DNA from: a virus
Lineage: Duplodnaviria; Heunggongvirae; Uroviricota; Caudoviricetes
DNA length: 9,574 bases
Virus record (IMG/VR): IMGVR_UViG_2671180432_000011
Strand: one strand, 5' to 3'
The position numbers and the translations under genes were made by a program. Under the pieces are notes generated by a model that worked only from the letters and a program-made list of their open reading frames with translations, was not told the origin of the DNA and did not search any database. This document shows, one piece after another, positions 1 to 8,050 of this stretch. Numbering within the stretch: the first letter of the stretch is position 1; each line of letters begins with the position of its first letter.

Positions 1-74
1 CCTCAAAAACACCATCATACACTAAATCAGTAAGTTGGCAGCATCACCCCGCCACAGAACAATTATTGCTTTTG

Positions 75-91
75 CCGTTGATGACAATAAA
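75..91. repeat. Left copy of the imperfect direct repeat flanking the restriction-modification cassette
   Basis: CCGTT-G-ATGACAATAAA matches 3179-3194 at 16 of 17 positions with a 1-nt indel. Confidence 0.35.
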
Positions 92-200
92 GTTTTTATC
101 GCAGGCGTATACCACGGTGGGCAAATCTATGAAACCGATTTTTTATCCAGTGCACCGTAAAACCCCCATCCTTCAGGGCGTGGCGGATATCAAACTTTGG

Positions 201-1283
201 TCATTTTCTCTGGCTGATCTTTACCGGATAACCATCCCGAAGATCAATTAAGTGCTCCGGTTCAGAAGCAAACCATGCATAAGATCCCCACGCCAATTCT
301 GGTATTGCCTTTTTAAAAGGCAGAGCACTTCTGTCCATAAATGCCGTAAGGAATGCAAGATTTTTCTCGCTGAACCCAGCGTCAATAGCCAAATGAGTGA
401 GAGTAACTTTTCGTTCCCTGTTTATAGGCCCATCTGTCGCAACTACTTCAGTGAAAACTACAAGCATGTCCGAACCCGTTCGGTCCTCTCCCAAATCAAT
501 CAAAATAATATCTGGAAGTGCTTTTGAGGCATCAATATTCAGCCCCAATGCTTTTGCCAATACATCATCCTGAGCAACAACTTTATTCCCGGATTCAGAC
601 AACCAGAGCACAGTTGGATTCTTAAGAAAATTAGGAGCAAAAACTTCGATGACGGCCTTAGCTATTGTACTTGACGGGCCCGGAGCTAAAGTTCTCTTCT
701 CTCCATTTGGGAAAGTGACGACTACGGCATCAGCAGCAATCACTGCCCCTGATTTCAATAAACGCAACCTAGCAAGAGCGGCTTTGTTCAAATGATTTTC
801 TTGCCAGGAACTTATTGCACTCAGCAGCGAATCTCCTTCAAGCCCGGCATCAAAGAGTGCTGCAAAAGAGCGATTCAAACTGTAACGAGGACGAGAGGAT
901 GTGGTGGGTATACCTTTACGCTCAACAATTGCATTGCAAGGTATTAGGCCATTTTTTATAGTTTCATCACGTATTGGCTCACGCGTATTTTCCGCATACC
1001 ATGCATCAGCAGGCCTTATCTTTTGTTTAGAGAAAGTCATCTTTACCCAGCTTTCTCTGGACGCATCATCAGTAAGAGCAGCCTGCGAATCTCCCATACT
1101 TACAACCTGGCTGGGCCTTATCCATCGCCCCAGCCCCTCAACCGCACCAGCATAAAACATGACAAAAATTGTTTTTGCAGCTATTTCCCGAATTAAATAT
1201 CCACGATTCTCAGTCCCTTCAGGGAAAATTAATTGTAATCTTTCCCGGATAACATTCAATGGGGGAACAACAGGCAGATTCAT
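201..1283 (-). CDS. Candidate Type II restriction endonuclease, 360 aa, partner of the upstream methyltransferase; family unassigned (BsuBI/PstI-like is a hypothesis only)
   Basis: Uninterrupted 360-codon ORF. Its ATG (1283-1281) overlaps the methyltransferase TGA stop (1282-1280) as ATGA, implying translational coupling. GGAG lies about 10 nt upstream inside the methyltransferase 3' end. Possible PD-(D/E)xK-like stretch 'LPDIILIDLGED...VVFTEVV'. No Walker or methyltransferase motifs. The nuclease function is inferred from context, not shown. Confidence 0.5.
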   Translation of the reverse strand: MNLPVVPPLNVIRERLQLIFPEGTENRGYLIREIAAKTIFVMFYAGAVEGLGRWIRPSQVVSMGDSQAALTDDASRESWVKMTFSKQKIRPADAWYAENTREPIRDETIKNGLIPCNAIVERKGIPTTSSRPRYSLNRSFAALFDAGLEGDSLLSAISSWQENHLNKAALARLRLLKSGAVIAADAVVVTFPNGEKRTLAPGPSSTIAKAVIEVFAPNFLKNPTVLWLSESGNKVVAQDDVLAKALGLNIDASKALPDIILIDLGEDRTGSDMLVVFTEVVATDGPINRERKVTLTHLAIDAGFSEKNLAFLTAFMDRSALPFKKAIPELAWGSYAWFASEPEHLIDLRDGYPVKISQRK

Positions 1284-3112
1284 GCAATCATCACTCCATA
1301 GAAACCAGCGATAGTTCTCTCAATAATCCGTCTGTGGACGCCAGCATCAATTAACGATTGAATCTCCATCACCTGCTCCAGAGAAGGCAACGGGATTGAA
1401 TTCAATTCATAGGCCGAAACAGCAACACTTCCGCTTATACACCTGAACGCCCGATCGACAACATGCGAATTAAGTAGCATATCAATAACATCAGGGCGAA
1501 CCGCAGAGAACAATCCGTTTGAATATACAATATTAATATGGTTTTCAACTACTACGCCACCAGTTTCATCTATAAATCCCTGAGGTAAAATTGCCGCTAA
1601 AATCCTTCTGTCCTGTTCCTTCGATGTTGTCCGCTGAACAAGCACACATTCAGATTTTGTCACAAGGAAACCCTGTTGTGGGGTTATATCGATATAGGGA
1701 ACATGATTTTTTCTGTCTGCACTAAAACGAAAACCAGCTGAAGTTATTGATTCCGCCCAGACTAATGGGTAGCTATTTTTTCCTTTCGTCGTACGCAACT
1801 GCGACTTAAATCGATTCCAGACTAACTGACCTGTAGAGACTGAGTATCCCAGATCAGCTAAACGCGTAGACATCTGTTTTAATACATTAAGAAAACAGGC
1901 ATCATCTTTAACGCGTGGCAAAAGCCACGTTGCTCCACCTTTTTCTATATCAACATTACCTATTTTCTCAATTTTTGCTTTGTTCAACCCCTTAGGGACA
2001 AGTGAGGATACCTGGGCCCGAACTTTATGTTCTCCCGCCTTGAATGCTGTCAACATTGTTTCCTGGAGAACATCGTCAAAGACCCCATCCCTGTCAGTGA
2101 CGAAATCAAGGGCATACGGAGTAGTTTTTTCGGTCAAAAGGGTTCGCAGCGCGGTGAAATACTGCCCACCAAGAAAAGAAGTTGGCGTAAGAAATGCAAT
2201 AACTCCTGTTTTCTCTTTAACCATGCGAACAGCTAAGTCGGTGAACAATCCATATAGATTTGCATGACCAAATAACGAACGAGAATATTTTTCTCTCGTT
2301 TTAATATCGAGAGTGACACGTCCGTAAGGCGGATTCCCTACCACAAGATCATAACCAGAAAATTTATCTTGCTGAAGCGCATCAGCAACAATAATTGTAT
2401 CTTCAGGCAATCTACGTTTTACCTTTACACATAGTGGCATTAGTACAGATTCGAGCAATACCAAACTCATCCAAGCCGCAAATGGATCGATCTCTATCCC
2501 CTTTAAACGACGACTGATTCTCCTCAACATCCATTCAGGGGAAGACCCCTTGTCTTTTTTTAACATTCGAATGGCTACTGGTGCCAAAAATGCACCGCCA
2601 CCACACGCAGGATCAATAACCGATGCATGAGAAAAATCAACACCAGACTTTTCAGCCAGGTCCAAGAGACGCGCTACCAAAGGTGGGGGGGTATAGTAAG
2701 CCCCCAATTCCGAACGGTAAGCGGATGGCAGCATTACCGTATAAATTGACCCAATCAGATATCCAGCGTCCTCCGCCGGAAATTGAGCAATAAGCTCACC
2801 TGTTCGTTCAGCGAGCTCGCGTGCATCACATGGAATGTCTTCTATGTAAACAGTGTGCGGTACTGCCCTCATTTTAATGCTGCTTTTTTGCTTTTTTGCA
2901 AGGGTATCCCAATATGCAGCTACGATGCTGAAGCAGTATGAGCGGGCATGCATCAACCTTGACTGCCCGGTTTTGTAATTGCCCGCATAACCTTTGGCCA
3001 TGGCTTTACAAGTTTGATATCTTTCCAGATTAGAAAACTCATTATCTGTAAAAAAATCAAAATGTTGCACATTCATAATGTAAAATCCTAATGTATCAAA
3101 CATGCGGGCCAT
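1280..3112 (-). CDS. N6-adenine DNA methyltransferase, gamma class (Eco57I/TaqI-like motif order), 610 aa
   Basis: AdoMet-binding motif I 'VIDPACGGGAFL' is followed about 90 aa later by catalytic motif IV 'VVGNPPYG'; this order is diagnostic of gamma-class amino-methyltransferases. A C-terminal region of about 280 aa after NPPY is the likely target-recognition domain. The start is uncertain: ATG at 3112, 3103 or 3076, the last with AGGA upstream. Confidence 0.85.
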   Translation of the reverse strand: MARMFDTLGFYIMNVQHFDFFTDNEFSNLERYQTCKAMAKGYAGNYKTGQSRLMHARSYCFSIVAAYWDTLAKKQKSSIKMRAVPHTVYIEDIPCDARELAERTGELIAQFPAEDAGYLIGSIYTVMLPSAYRSELGAYYTPPPLVARLLDLAEKSGVDFSHASVIDPACGGGAFLAPVAIRMLKKDKGSSPEWMLRRISRRLKGIEIDPFAAWMSLVLLESVLMPLCVKVKRRLPEDTIIVADALQQDKFSGYDLVVGNPPYGRVTLDIKTREKYSRSLFGHANLYGLFTDLAVRMVKEKTGVIAFLTPTSFLGGQYFTALRTLLTEKTTPYALDFVTDRDGVFDDVLQETMLTAFKAGEHKVRAQVSSLVPKGLNKAKIEKIGNVDIEKGGATWLLPRVKDDACFLNVLKQMSTRLADLGYSVSTGQLVWNRFKSQLRTTKGKNSYPLVWAESITSAGFRFSADRKNHVPYIDITPQQGFLVTKSECVLVQRTTSKEQDRRILAAILPQGFIDETGGVVVENHINIVYSNGLFSAVRPDVIDMLLNSHVVDRAFRCISGSVAVSAYELNSIPLPSLEQVMEIQSLIDAGVHRRIIERTIAGFYGVMIA

Positions 3113-3178
3113 AACATCTCATGGTGGCGCATAGCAAACTGGCCCGAAGAATATCACGCACCAAGTCGATCTCATAAC

Positions 3179-3194
3179 CCGTTATGACAATAAA
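3179..3194. repeat. Right copy of the imperfect direct repeat flanking the restriction-modification cassette; overlaps a 16-bp palindrome TCATAAC-CC-GTTATGA (3172-3187)
   Basis: CCGTTATGACAATAAA. Lies in the 214-bp intergenic region between the phage zinc-ribbon gene and the methyltransferase start. Confidence 0.35.
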
Positions 3195-3326
3195 TCTTTG
3201 TAGCTGAACTCACTTGGTGATTTGTCAATCATTCCTGGCCTCCAGTTCGTCCTGAATCTCTTTATCGAGTTCACCGTATTTGTTAGTCCTCATCACTCAC
3301 GACTTGACTTCCAGAAATAACCTTGA

Positions 3327-3683
3327 TTATTCGGGGCTATATTTTGTCACCCTGCGTATCCGCGCTTTCGCATTACGCTCAATCTGGATTAGCTTTTCTA
3401 TATTTTTTCGCCTTTCCCGCTCCTCCTGGCGCAAGAGCCTTACATCATCTGCCAGTCTGGTTTCTCTTTTCGCCACAGAGAGCATCCAGTCAAATGGCTC
3501 CACAACTGCACCGCAAATTTTACAGCGGACCTGACGCTCTTTTTCGTCAACCCGGACAGAAGCGTGATGGCAATATGGTCTTTCCGATGGCTCATAAAGA
3601 AAATTAACCTGATTACGAGGGTTATCCTCTTTTACCGGAAATAAAACAATATTGCTTAACTCATCTTCTGGTTTTATTTCCAT
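3327..3683 (-). CDS. Hypothetical phage protein, 118 aa, zinc-ribbon-like (C-H-H...C-x2-C) N-terminal half and charged coiled-coil-like C-terminal half
   Basis: ATG at 3683 is preceded by a strong RBS, AAAGGAGAGGAGC. The ORF-track start at 3740 has no RBS and would abut the upstream stop. Motif 'YCHHASVRVDEKERQVRCKICG'; tail 'RLLRQEERERRKNIEKLIQIERNAKARIRR'. Confidence 0.55.
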   Translation of the reverse strand: MEIKPEDELSNIVLFPVKEDNPRNQVNFLYEPSERPYCHHASVRVDEKERQVRCKICGAVVEPFDWMLSVAKRETRLADDVRLLRQEERERRKNIEKLIQIERNAKARIRRVTKYSPE

Positions 3684-3740
3684 GCTCCTCTCCTTTGATG
3701 CGAATGCCAGCGGTAATTGAAGCCTGATAGCTAATTTCAC

Positions 3741-3886
3741 TCACAGTACCGCCTCCTGAAAATCACCCTGATAGAAAGCCGGTACACGCTGCATAACTTC
3801 ACTCTTCCGGCACTCGCGACAGATTATGTTCTGATGTCTGTCGTAGCGGCGTATTTCTCCGTCCGGTAATGACCAGATAAGGTCCG
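3741..3886 (-). CDS. 3' portion of a small hypothetical protein with a CxxC motif; 5' part hidden in the N-run
   Basis: The frame is open across all visible bases to a TGA at 3743-3741: '...DLIWSLPDGEIRRYDRHQNIICRECRKSEVMQRVPAFYQGDFQEAVL'. The position is nin-region-like. Confidence 0.35.
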
Positions 3887-4136
3887 NNNNNNNNNNNNNN
3901 NNNNNNNNNNNNNNNNNNNNNNNNNNNNNNNNNNNNNNNNNNNNNNNNNNNNNNNNNNNNNNNNNNNNNNNNNNNNNNNNNNNNNNNNNNNNNNNNNNNN
4001 NNNNNNNNNNNNNNNNNNNNNNNNNNNNNNNNNNNNNNNNNNNNNNNNNNNNNNNNNNNNNNNNNNNNNNNNNNNNNNNNNNNNNNNNNNNNNNNNNNNN
4101 NNNNNNNNNNNNNNNNNNNNNNNNNNNNNNNNNNNN

Positions 4137-4168
4137 TCCCGCTCTTCCTGTGTAAATACTTTTGCCAT
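4137..4168 (-). CDS. 5' end of a small hypothetical gene (MAKVFTQEER...) running into the N-run
   Basis: ATG at 4168 with a G-rich RBS (GGGGGCGCTT) about 5 nt upstream, 15 nt after the stop of the preceding gene. Its frame differs from the 3741-3886 fragment, so this is probably a separate small gene. Confidence 0.3.
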
Positions 4169-4183
4169 AAGCGCCCCCGGCAA

Positions 4184-4909
4184 TCACTTTTCCGACACAA
4201 TACGACCGGAGGAATCGACAATCTGTCGAACAATATCCCGGTGCTTGTTCAGCTCCCGCAACGCGGCGCAGACACGCTCCCACTTCTGGACATGACTTTT
4301 CGCCCGACGCAGTTCGCGGTTTGCCATATGCAGCGATGGTAAAACCAGGTCATCCGCTTGCGTTTCGGTGAACGATGGCAACGACTGCACAATGTCCGCC
4401 ACAGTTTCTGTTTTAATTTCTTCCTGTGTTGCAGCTTCCTGTACCGGTAACGCAACACCTGCTGGCTGAGGAAAGACTTTACCATCCGTTTCCGCTATGG
4501 ATGCGGCTTTCGGCTCTGCCGGTAAATCAGCGCCCGGTATGCAGTACCGAAATTTACCGCCCTGATTCACGCGAATCAGACGCCCTTTGCTGATTGCCAT
4601 GGCCAGCGATGAATTCGCCCGGCGGGAGGTAATCCCGAACATCAGTGCCAGCTCATCCGCCGTTTGTGGGCCATGTTGTTCAATCGCCTCAGTCAGCATT
4701 TGCGCTGTCACTTTCGGTACCGGTGACACTGGTTCACTTTCACCAGCCTGAATCAGCCACCACATCGAACCCTTGTTATCCGCTTCACCACGGCGCTTCA
4801 GTTTCCACAGTTCGTTGACCGCATCTTCACGGCTGATTCCAAGGCGGGACGCCACCACATGTGAAGAGGCTCTTTTCAGTGCTTTCAGTGCGTCAAATAC
4901 AGTTTCCAT
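4184..4909 (-). CDS. Conserved lambdoid-prophage protein with two winged-helix-like segments (DUF1627-like, tentative)
   Basis: ATG at 4909 is preceded by GGAGG at an 8-nt spacing, 19 nt after the DnaC-like stop; the ORF-track start at 4927 is a TTG. Segments '[20 protein letters not shown]' and '[21 protein letters not shown]' resemble HTH/winged-helix recognition regions. The family name is from memory, not a search. Confidence 0.55.
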   Translation of the reverse strand: METVFDALKALKRASSHVVASRLGISREDAVNELWKLKRRGEADNKGSMWWLIQAGESEPVSPVPKVTAQMLTEAIEQHGPQTADELALMFGITSRRANSSLAMAISKGRLIRVNQGGKFRYCIPGADLPAEPKAASIAETDGKVFPQPAGVALPVQEAATQEEIKTETVADIVQSLPSFTETQADDLVLPSLHMANRELRRAKSHVQKWERVCAALRELNKHRDIVRQIVDSSGRIVSEK

Positions 4910-4930
4910 TAAAACATCCTCCAACAAAAA

Positions 4931-5438
4931 TTACTTCACAACTCCCGGAAAGCTGACATTTGAACGCCAGCTATCCCAGTTAAACGTCACCCACCGACAA
5001 CCGTTCATGGTCATGCGGTCCATAATCCTCTCACCAAGAAGCGTGCTCATTGCGGCATGATTCAGGTTTGTTAACATCCCGACACTGCACAGTGATGCTG
5101 TCCGGCGATCAATTATCTGGTGCAATACCACCTGCTCGTTTTTCGTCTCCCGCTGAATGCCTATTTCATCCAGGACCAGCAAATCAACCCCGCAAAGCTC
5201 CTGTAAAAATTTTTCACCGGATTTGCCGTTGTCGTAGCTGTCATGCAACACGCTCATGACATCAGACTCGGTGACGATAATCACGCTGCGCCCCTTCGCC
5301 ATCAGCCGGTTACCCATCGCCGCTGCAAGGTGATTTTTCCCGGTGCCGGTTTTACCGCTGAACACAAAATTCGTGCACCCGGTCATCAGTTCGTCAGCTA
5401 TGGATTTGGCCTGGCTCAGCGCGTATTTTTGCCCGTCG
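4931..5438 (-). CDS. DnaC-like AAA+ helicase loader (replication protein), C-terminal about 169 aa visible; N-terminus masked
   Basis: Walker A 'FSGKTGTGKNHLAAAMG' and Walker B 'VDLLVLDEIG'. I checked that the frame stays open upstream of the track start at 5386 as far as the mask ('...DGQKYALSQAKSIADEL-MTGCTNF...'). Confidence 0.85.
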
Positions 5439-5688
5439 NNNNNNNNNNNNNNNNNNNNNNNNNNNNNNNNNNNNNNNNNNNNNNNNNNNNNNNNNNNNNN
5501 NNNNNNNNNNNNNNNNNNNNNNNNNNNNNNNNNNNNNNNNNNNNNNNNNNNNNNNNNNNNNNNNNNNNNNNNNNNNNNNNNNNNNNNNNNNNNNNNNNNN
5601 NNNNNNNNNNNNNNNNNNNNNNNNNNNNNNNNNNNNNNNNNNNNNNNNNNNNNNNNNNNNNNNNNNNNNNNNNNNNNNNNNNNNNNNN

Positions 5689-6660
5689 GGGGTTTTCAAA
5701 ATTCCGGTCCGGCCCAAAAAACGTCGTCGCTCGCTGAACAAATTCCGTTCCCGCTTTCCCGGTCGCCGCCAGGTATCTCGCGTAACGCCTCACACCATCC
5801 AGCATGGTCTCTGGTGGCCCCCCCTCGCGCAATCTGGCCTTCCAGGCACTGAATGCGGATTTCTTCGGGTTTGCCCCGGCACGCAACGGGTATTCCCGCC
5901 AGACCTGTTCGAACACATCCGGATAATCCACTCGTCCCACAGGCTGCCCGGTGTTTTCCGGGGCTACCCGATCGGCTTCCCGCTGAATGGCGGAATCGGC
6001 TTCAGGCTGCTGCAGTTGGAGTGATTGCTCCGGCCTTGCGGTCATCACCTGCTGCACAGCGCCCGAATCGGCTTTCAGCGCATACGCTGAATCGGCTTCC
6101 GGTGTCGAGCCTGCTGGCTGACCAGGATTGACGGTCTGAACATCCCCTGCCTGGTTCGTGGCGTTTTTTACGCCATGGACCATAGTGTTTTGATCTTCTT
6201 TATCTGTATCTTTATCTGTATCTGTCGTGACTCGTCGTGACATGTGCGTGACATTTCGTGACGCGCCGTGACAATCGCCATTTTGTTCCCGCTTTCTTTC
6301 CCTCTCTCGCTGCGCCCTCTTGCGCTCTGCAGGAGATTTTGCGGTTTGCGAAATATTGCCGTTGTCCTCTTTAAGCACCTGGCGTTTTTCCCATCCAGTG
6401 ATTAAATCACCATCAAGTACCCGCCCCTGCATCGTCTGCAAAATTGAATCAATTACCTCTTCTGTCACGTCGAGCGCACTTGCCAAATCTTCTGTCGTGA
6501 CATCAATGTGACCTCGCGTGACATTTCGTGACGCGCTCACCAGGAGGTGGATATACACTGCCATCACTGTTGCAATTGGCTGCCCTGACACCCTGGCAAT
6601 TGTTCGCCACTTAGGGTCATTTGGCATGTCATGCCATAATCTGAGCCAGGCGTTAGCCAT
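5689..6660 (-). CDS. Putative replication initiation protein (lambda-O position; possibly YdaU-like), N-terminal about 324 aa visible; 3' end masked
   Basis: ATG at 6660 with RBS GAGGTG 4 nt upstream. It sits between the CII-position gene and the DnaC-like gene. Phased iteron-like CGTGAC repeats lie inside it. Low-complexity linker 'TDTDKDTDKED'. Confidence 0.6.
6221..6272. repeat. Iteron-like array A: five CGTGAC hexamers phased at 10-11 bp (starts 6226, 6236, 6247, 6257, 6267), inside the initiator gene
   Basis: Read directly. Includes the 21-bp unit GCGTGACATTTCGTGACGCGC at 6246-6266, which recurs exactly at 6516-6536. A 12-bp tandem (ATCTGTATCTTT / ATCTGTATCTGT, 6202-6225) lies immediately upstream. 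Confidence 0.5.
6491..6540. repeat. Iteron-like array B: CGTGAC/TGTGAC hexamers phased at 10-11 bp (starts 6496, 6507, 6517, 6527), plus an inverted copy GTCACG at 6464-6469
   Basis: Read directly. Contains the second exact copy of the 21-bp unit at 6516-6536. Confidence 0.5.
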
Positions 6661-6731
6661 ACTCACCTCTTCTGATACCGAATCTTTTTACTCACGAGTT
6701 GCCGGGAGCGATTCGATATGGCTATTGTCAG

Positions 6732-7017
6732 TCAATGTACTGCCACAGCATTTCCTGCCGGGCCACCACGGTTCATCTGATTGAAACCGGCGATTGCCAC
6801 TGCGACAAAATCATCAGCGTCTCTCACCAGTCGTTCATGCGTCTCCACCAGTTCCCGAAAATAAGCTGAACTGTGGCTGCGCATTCGAGCCACCAGCGGA
6901 GGTGGCATTGCCCTTTCGATCGCAGGTAACAACGCCTGAATTTTTTCAACAGCGTCAGGGGTGTCTTTATCCAGCCAACGGAAAATCTTTTGGGTGTTGA
7001 GATAAAGCGTGTTGTGC
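6732..7017 (-). CDS. C-terminal 95 aa of a CII-position regulatory protein (YdaT-like by position); N-terminus masked
   Basis: Open frame ending at a TGA at 6734-6732: '...AIERAMPPPLVARMRSHSSAYFRELVETHERLVRDADDFVAVAIAGFNQMNRGGPAGNAVAVH'. It sits between the Cro-like gene and the initiator. The identity is positional inference. Confidence 0.4.
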
Positions 7018-7278
7018 NNNNNNNNNNNNNNNNNNNNNNNNNNNNNNNNNNNNNNNNNNNNNNNNNNNNNNNNNNNNNNNNNNNNNNNNNNNNNNNNNNN
7101 NNNNNNNNNNNNNNNNNNNNNNNNNNNNNNNNNNNNNNNNNNNNNNNNNNNNNNNNNNNNNNNNNNNNNNNNNNNNNNNNNNNNNNNNNNNNNNNNNNNN
7201 NNNNNNNNNNNNNNNNNNNNNNNNNNNNNNNNNNNNNNNNNNNNNNNNNNNNNNNNNNNNNNNNNNNNNNNNNNNNNN

Positions 7279-7419
7279 ACACCAACGTAATATTTTTTCT
7301 CCTGTAAGTTTTGCACGCCCCGTTATAACGTGGCTGACCATCCCTTGGGATGCGCCAACAATCTCAGCAAATGAACTCTGGGTTATATGAAAATGATGCA
7401 AATATTCTCCAAGATTCAT
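7279..7419 (-). CDS. Cro-like HTH regulator (YdaS-like by position), N-terminal 47 aa visible; 3' end masked
   Basis: ATG at 7419 with upstream GGGCGGA. HTH 'ITQSSFAEIVGASQGMVSHVITGRAKLTGEKIL'. Divergent from the repressor gene across an operator-bearing intergenic region. Confidence 0.55.
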
Positions 7420-7530
7420 AATCCGCCCTATGTGATGTGTTACCAATGCATAATTAATAGCACTGTTATTTTTAAAAGTAAATAGTGATACTATTTCAAA
7501 GTGATTAGCAATCTTATTAGAATTGGATGT
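7420..7530. promoter_or_regulatory. Divergent promoter/operator region between the Cro-like gene and the repressor gene
   Basis: AT-rich. Plus-strand extended -10 'TGaTACTAT' (7486-7494) for the repressor operon. Candidate minus-strand promoter: -35 TTTACT (7482-7477), 17-nt spacer, -10 TATTAA (7459-7454). Both overlap operator half-sites. Promoter calls are by eye. Confidence 0.45.
7481..7495. promoter_or_regulatory. Operator-like palindrome AATAGT-GAT-ACTATT; a further half-site AATAGC at 7456-7461
   Basis: Perfect 6-bp inverted arms with a 3-bp GAT spacer. Near-identical to the palindrome at 8592-8606. Confidence 0.45.
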
Positions 7531-8031
7531 ATGAAAAGAAAATCATTGTCAGACACCGACCTCAACGCCGCCAGAAGACTGAAAGAAATCTGGATGGCAA
7601 AGAAATCTCAGTTGGGATTGACTCAGGAACGTGCGGCGGAAATTATGGGGTTTTCAACACAAGGGGCGGTAAGTCACTACCTAAATGGTCAAACCCCACT
7701 AAACCTTGAGGCTGTTCTAAAGTTTGCTGGCTTACTGAAAGTTCCCCCTGAGTCAATCAGGCCAGACATGGTAGATTTGCTGCAAATTGCAAGGATGTAT
7801 TGTCGAGAACCACAGCAAGATAACATAGTCGCATTACCAGCAGACACAGAACAAACAGAGGATGAACTACCGTTTGCCGTAGAGCCGATGGAACGAGATT
7901 TAATCCATACGTTCAGAGCTTTTCCGAAAGAAGATCAAGAACACATGCTTCAGGAGATGAAAGATAAAAAAGAATCAATGGATCGTACGGTTGCGCGGTG
8001 GTTAGCTGCACAAAAAGGCCGTCGCGCCTAA
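7531..8031 (+). CDS. paaR: PaaR-like HTH transcriptional regulator (phage-repressor-type N-terminal XRE/cI HTH; no LexA-like S24 peptidase domain), 166 aa
   Basis: ATG at 7531 (the track's GTG at 7501 is less likely). HTH 'LTQERAAEIMGFSTQGAVSHYLNGQ'. First gene of a three-gene operon with the antitoxin and ParE. The symbol is assigned from operon architecture. Confidence 0.7.
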   Translation: MKRKSLSDTDLNAARRLKEIWMAKKSQLGLTQERAAEIMGFSTQGAVSHYLNGQTPLNLEAVLKFAGLLKVPPESIRPDMVDLLQIARMYCREPQQDNIVALPADTEQTEDELPFAVEPMERDLIHTFRAFPKEDQEHMLQEMKDKKESMDRTVARWLAAQKGRRA

Positions 8032-8050
8032 ATCAGAGGAGATATGTAAA

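Larger units (their letters stand above)
75..3194. other. Putative horizontally acquired restriction-modification cassette (moron), bounded by an imperfect direct repeat
   Basis: The two genes look AT-richer by eye than the phage genes to the right (not computed). 'CCGTTGATGACAATAAA' at 75-91 and 'CCGTTATGACAATAAA' at 3179-3194 bracket the cassette. Confidence 0.35.

Noticed and set aside
20-48. Similarity of 'TCAGTAAGTTGGCAGCA' to the lambda att core (TACTAAGTTGGCA)
   Set aside because: Only about a 10-bp match, with no integrase gene and no second copy in the window; probably chance.
3-251. Plus-strand frame open from the window edge to 251 (the track's 66-251 ORF), and a possible minus-strand ATG at 18 running off the left edge
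   Set aside because: No RBS and no motif. The plus frame would overlap the nuclease 3' end by about 50 bp. It cannot be resolved without the flanking sequence.
252-2267. Plus-strand ORFs 252-527, 901-1155, 1980-2267 and 2027-2236 inside the restriction-modification genes
   Set aside because: They lie antisense within long, motif-supported minus-strand genes, have no RBS and no recognisable motifs. They are shadow ORFs.
3113-3326. Looked for a controller (C-protein) gene or clear promoter for the restriction-modification operon
   Set aside because: Only mini-ORFs of 18-22 codons and a TTGACA (3228-3223) without a convincing -10; nothing supportable.
5853-7000. Plus-strand ORFs 5853-6131, 6320-6511, 6518-6784 and 6794-7000
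   Set aside because: Antisense to the initiator and CII-position genes in GC-rich DNA where long spurious frames are common; no RBS.
3741-7446. ORF-track entries that run through N-runs (for example 3741-4283, 3799-4233, 5243-5737, 5343-5852, 5394-5741, 6824-7285, 6990-7307, 7009-7290, and the masked extensions of 5416-6666 and 6967-7446)
   Set aside because: The X stretches are translations of masked bases, and stop codons cannot be assessed there. I annotated only the visible parts of genes.
7527-7709. Plus-strand 60-aa ORF in an alternative frame within the repressor gene
   Set aside because: It overlaps the HTH-encoding frame of the repressor, which has clear motif support.
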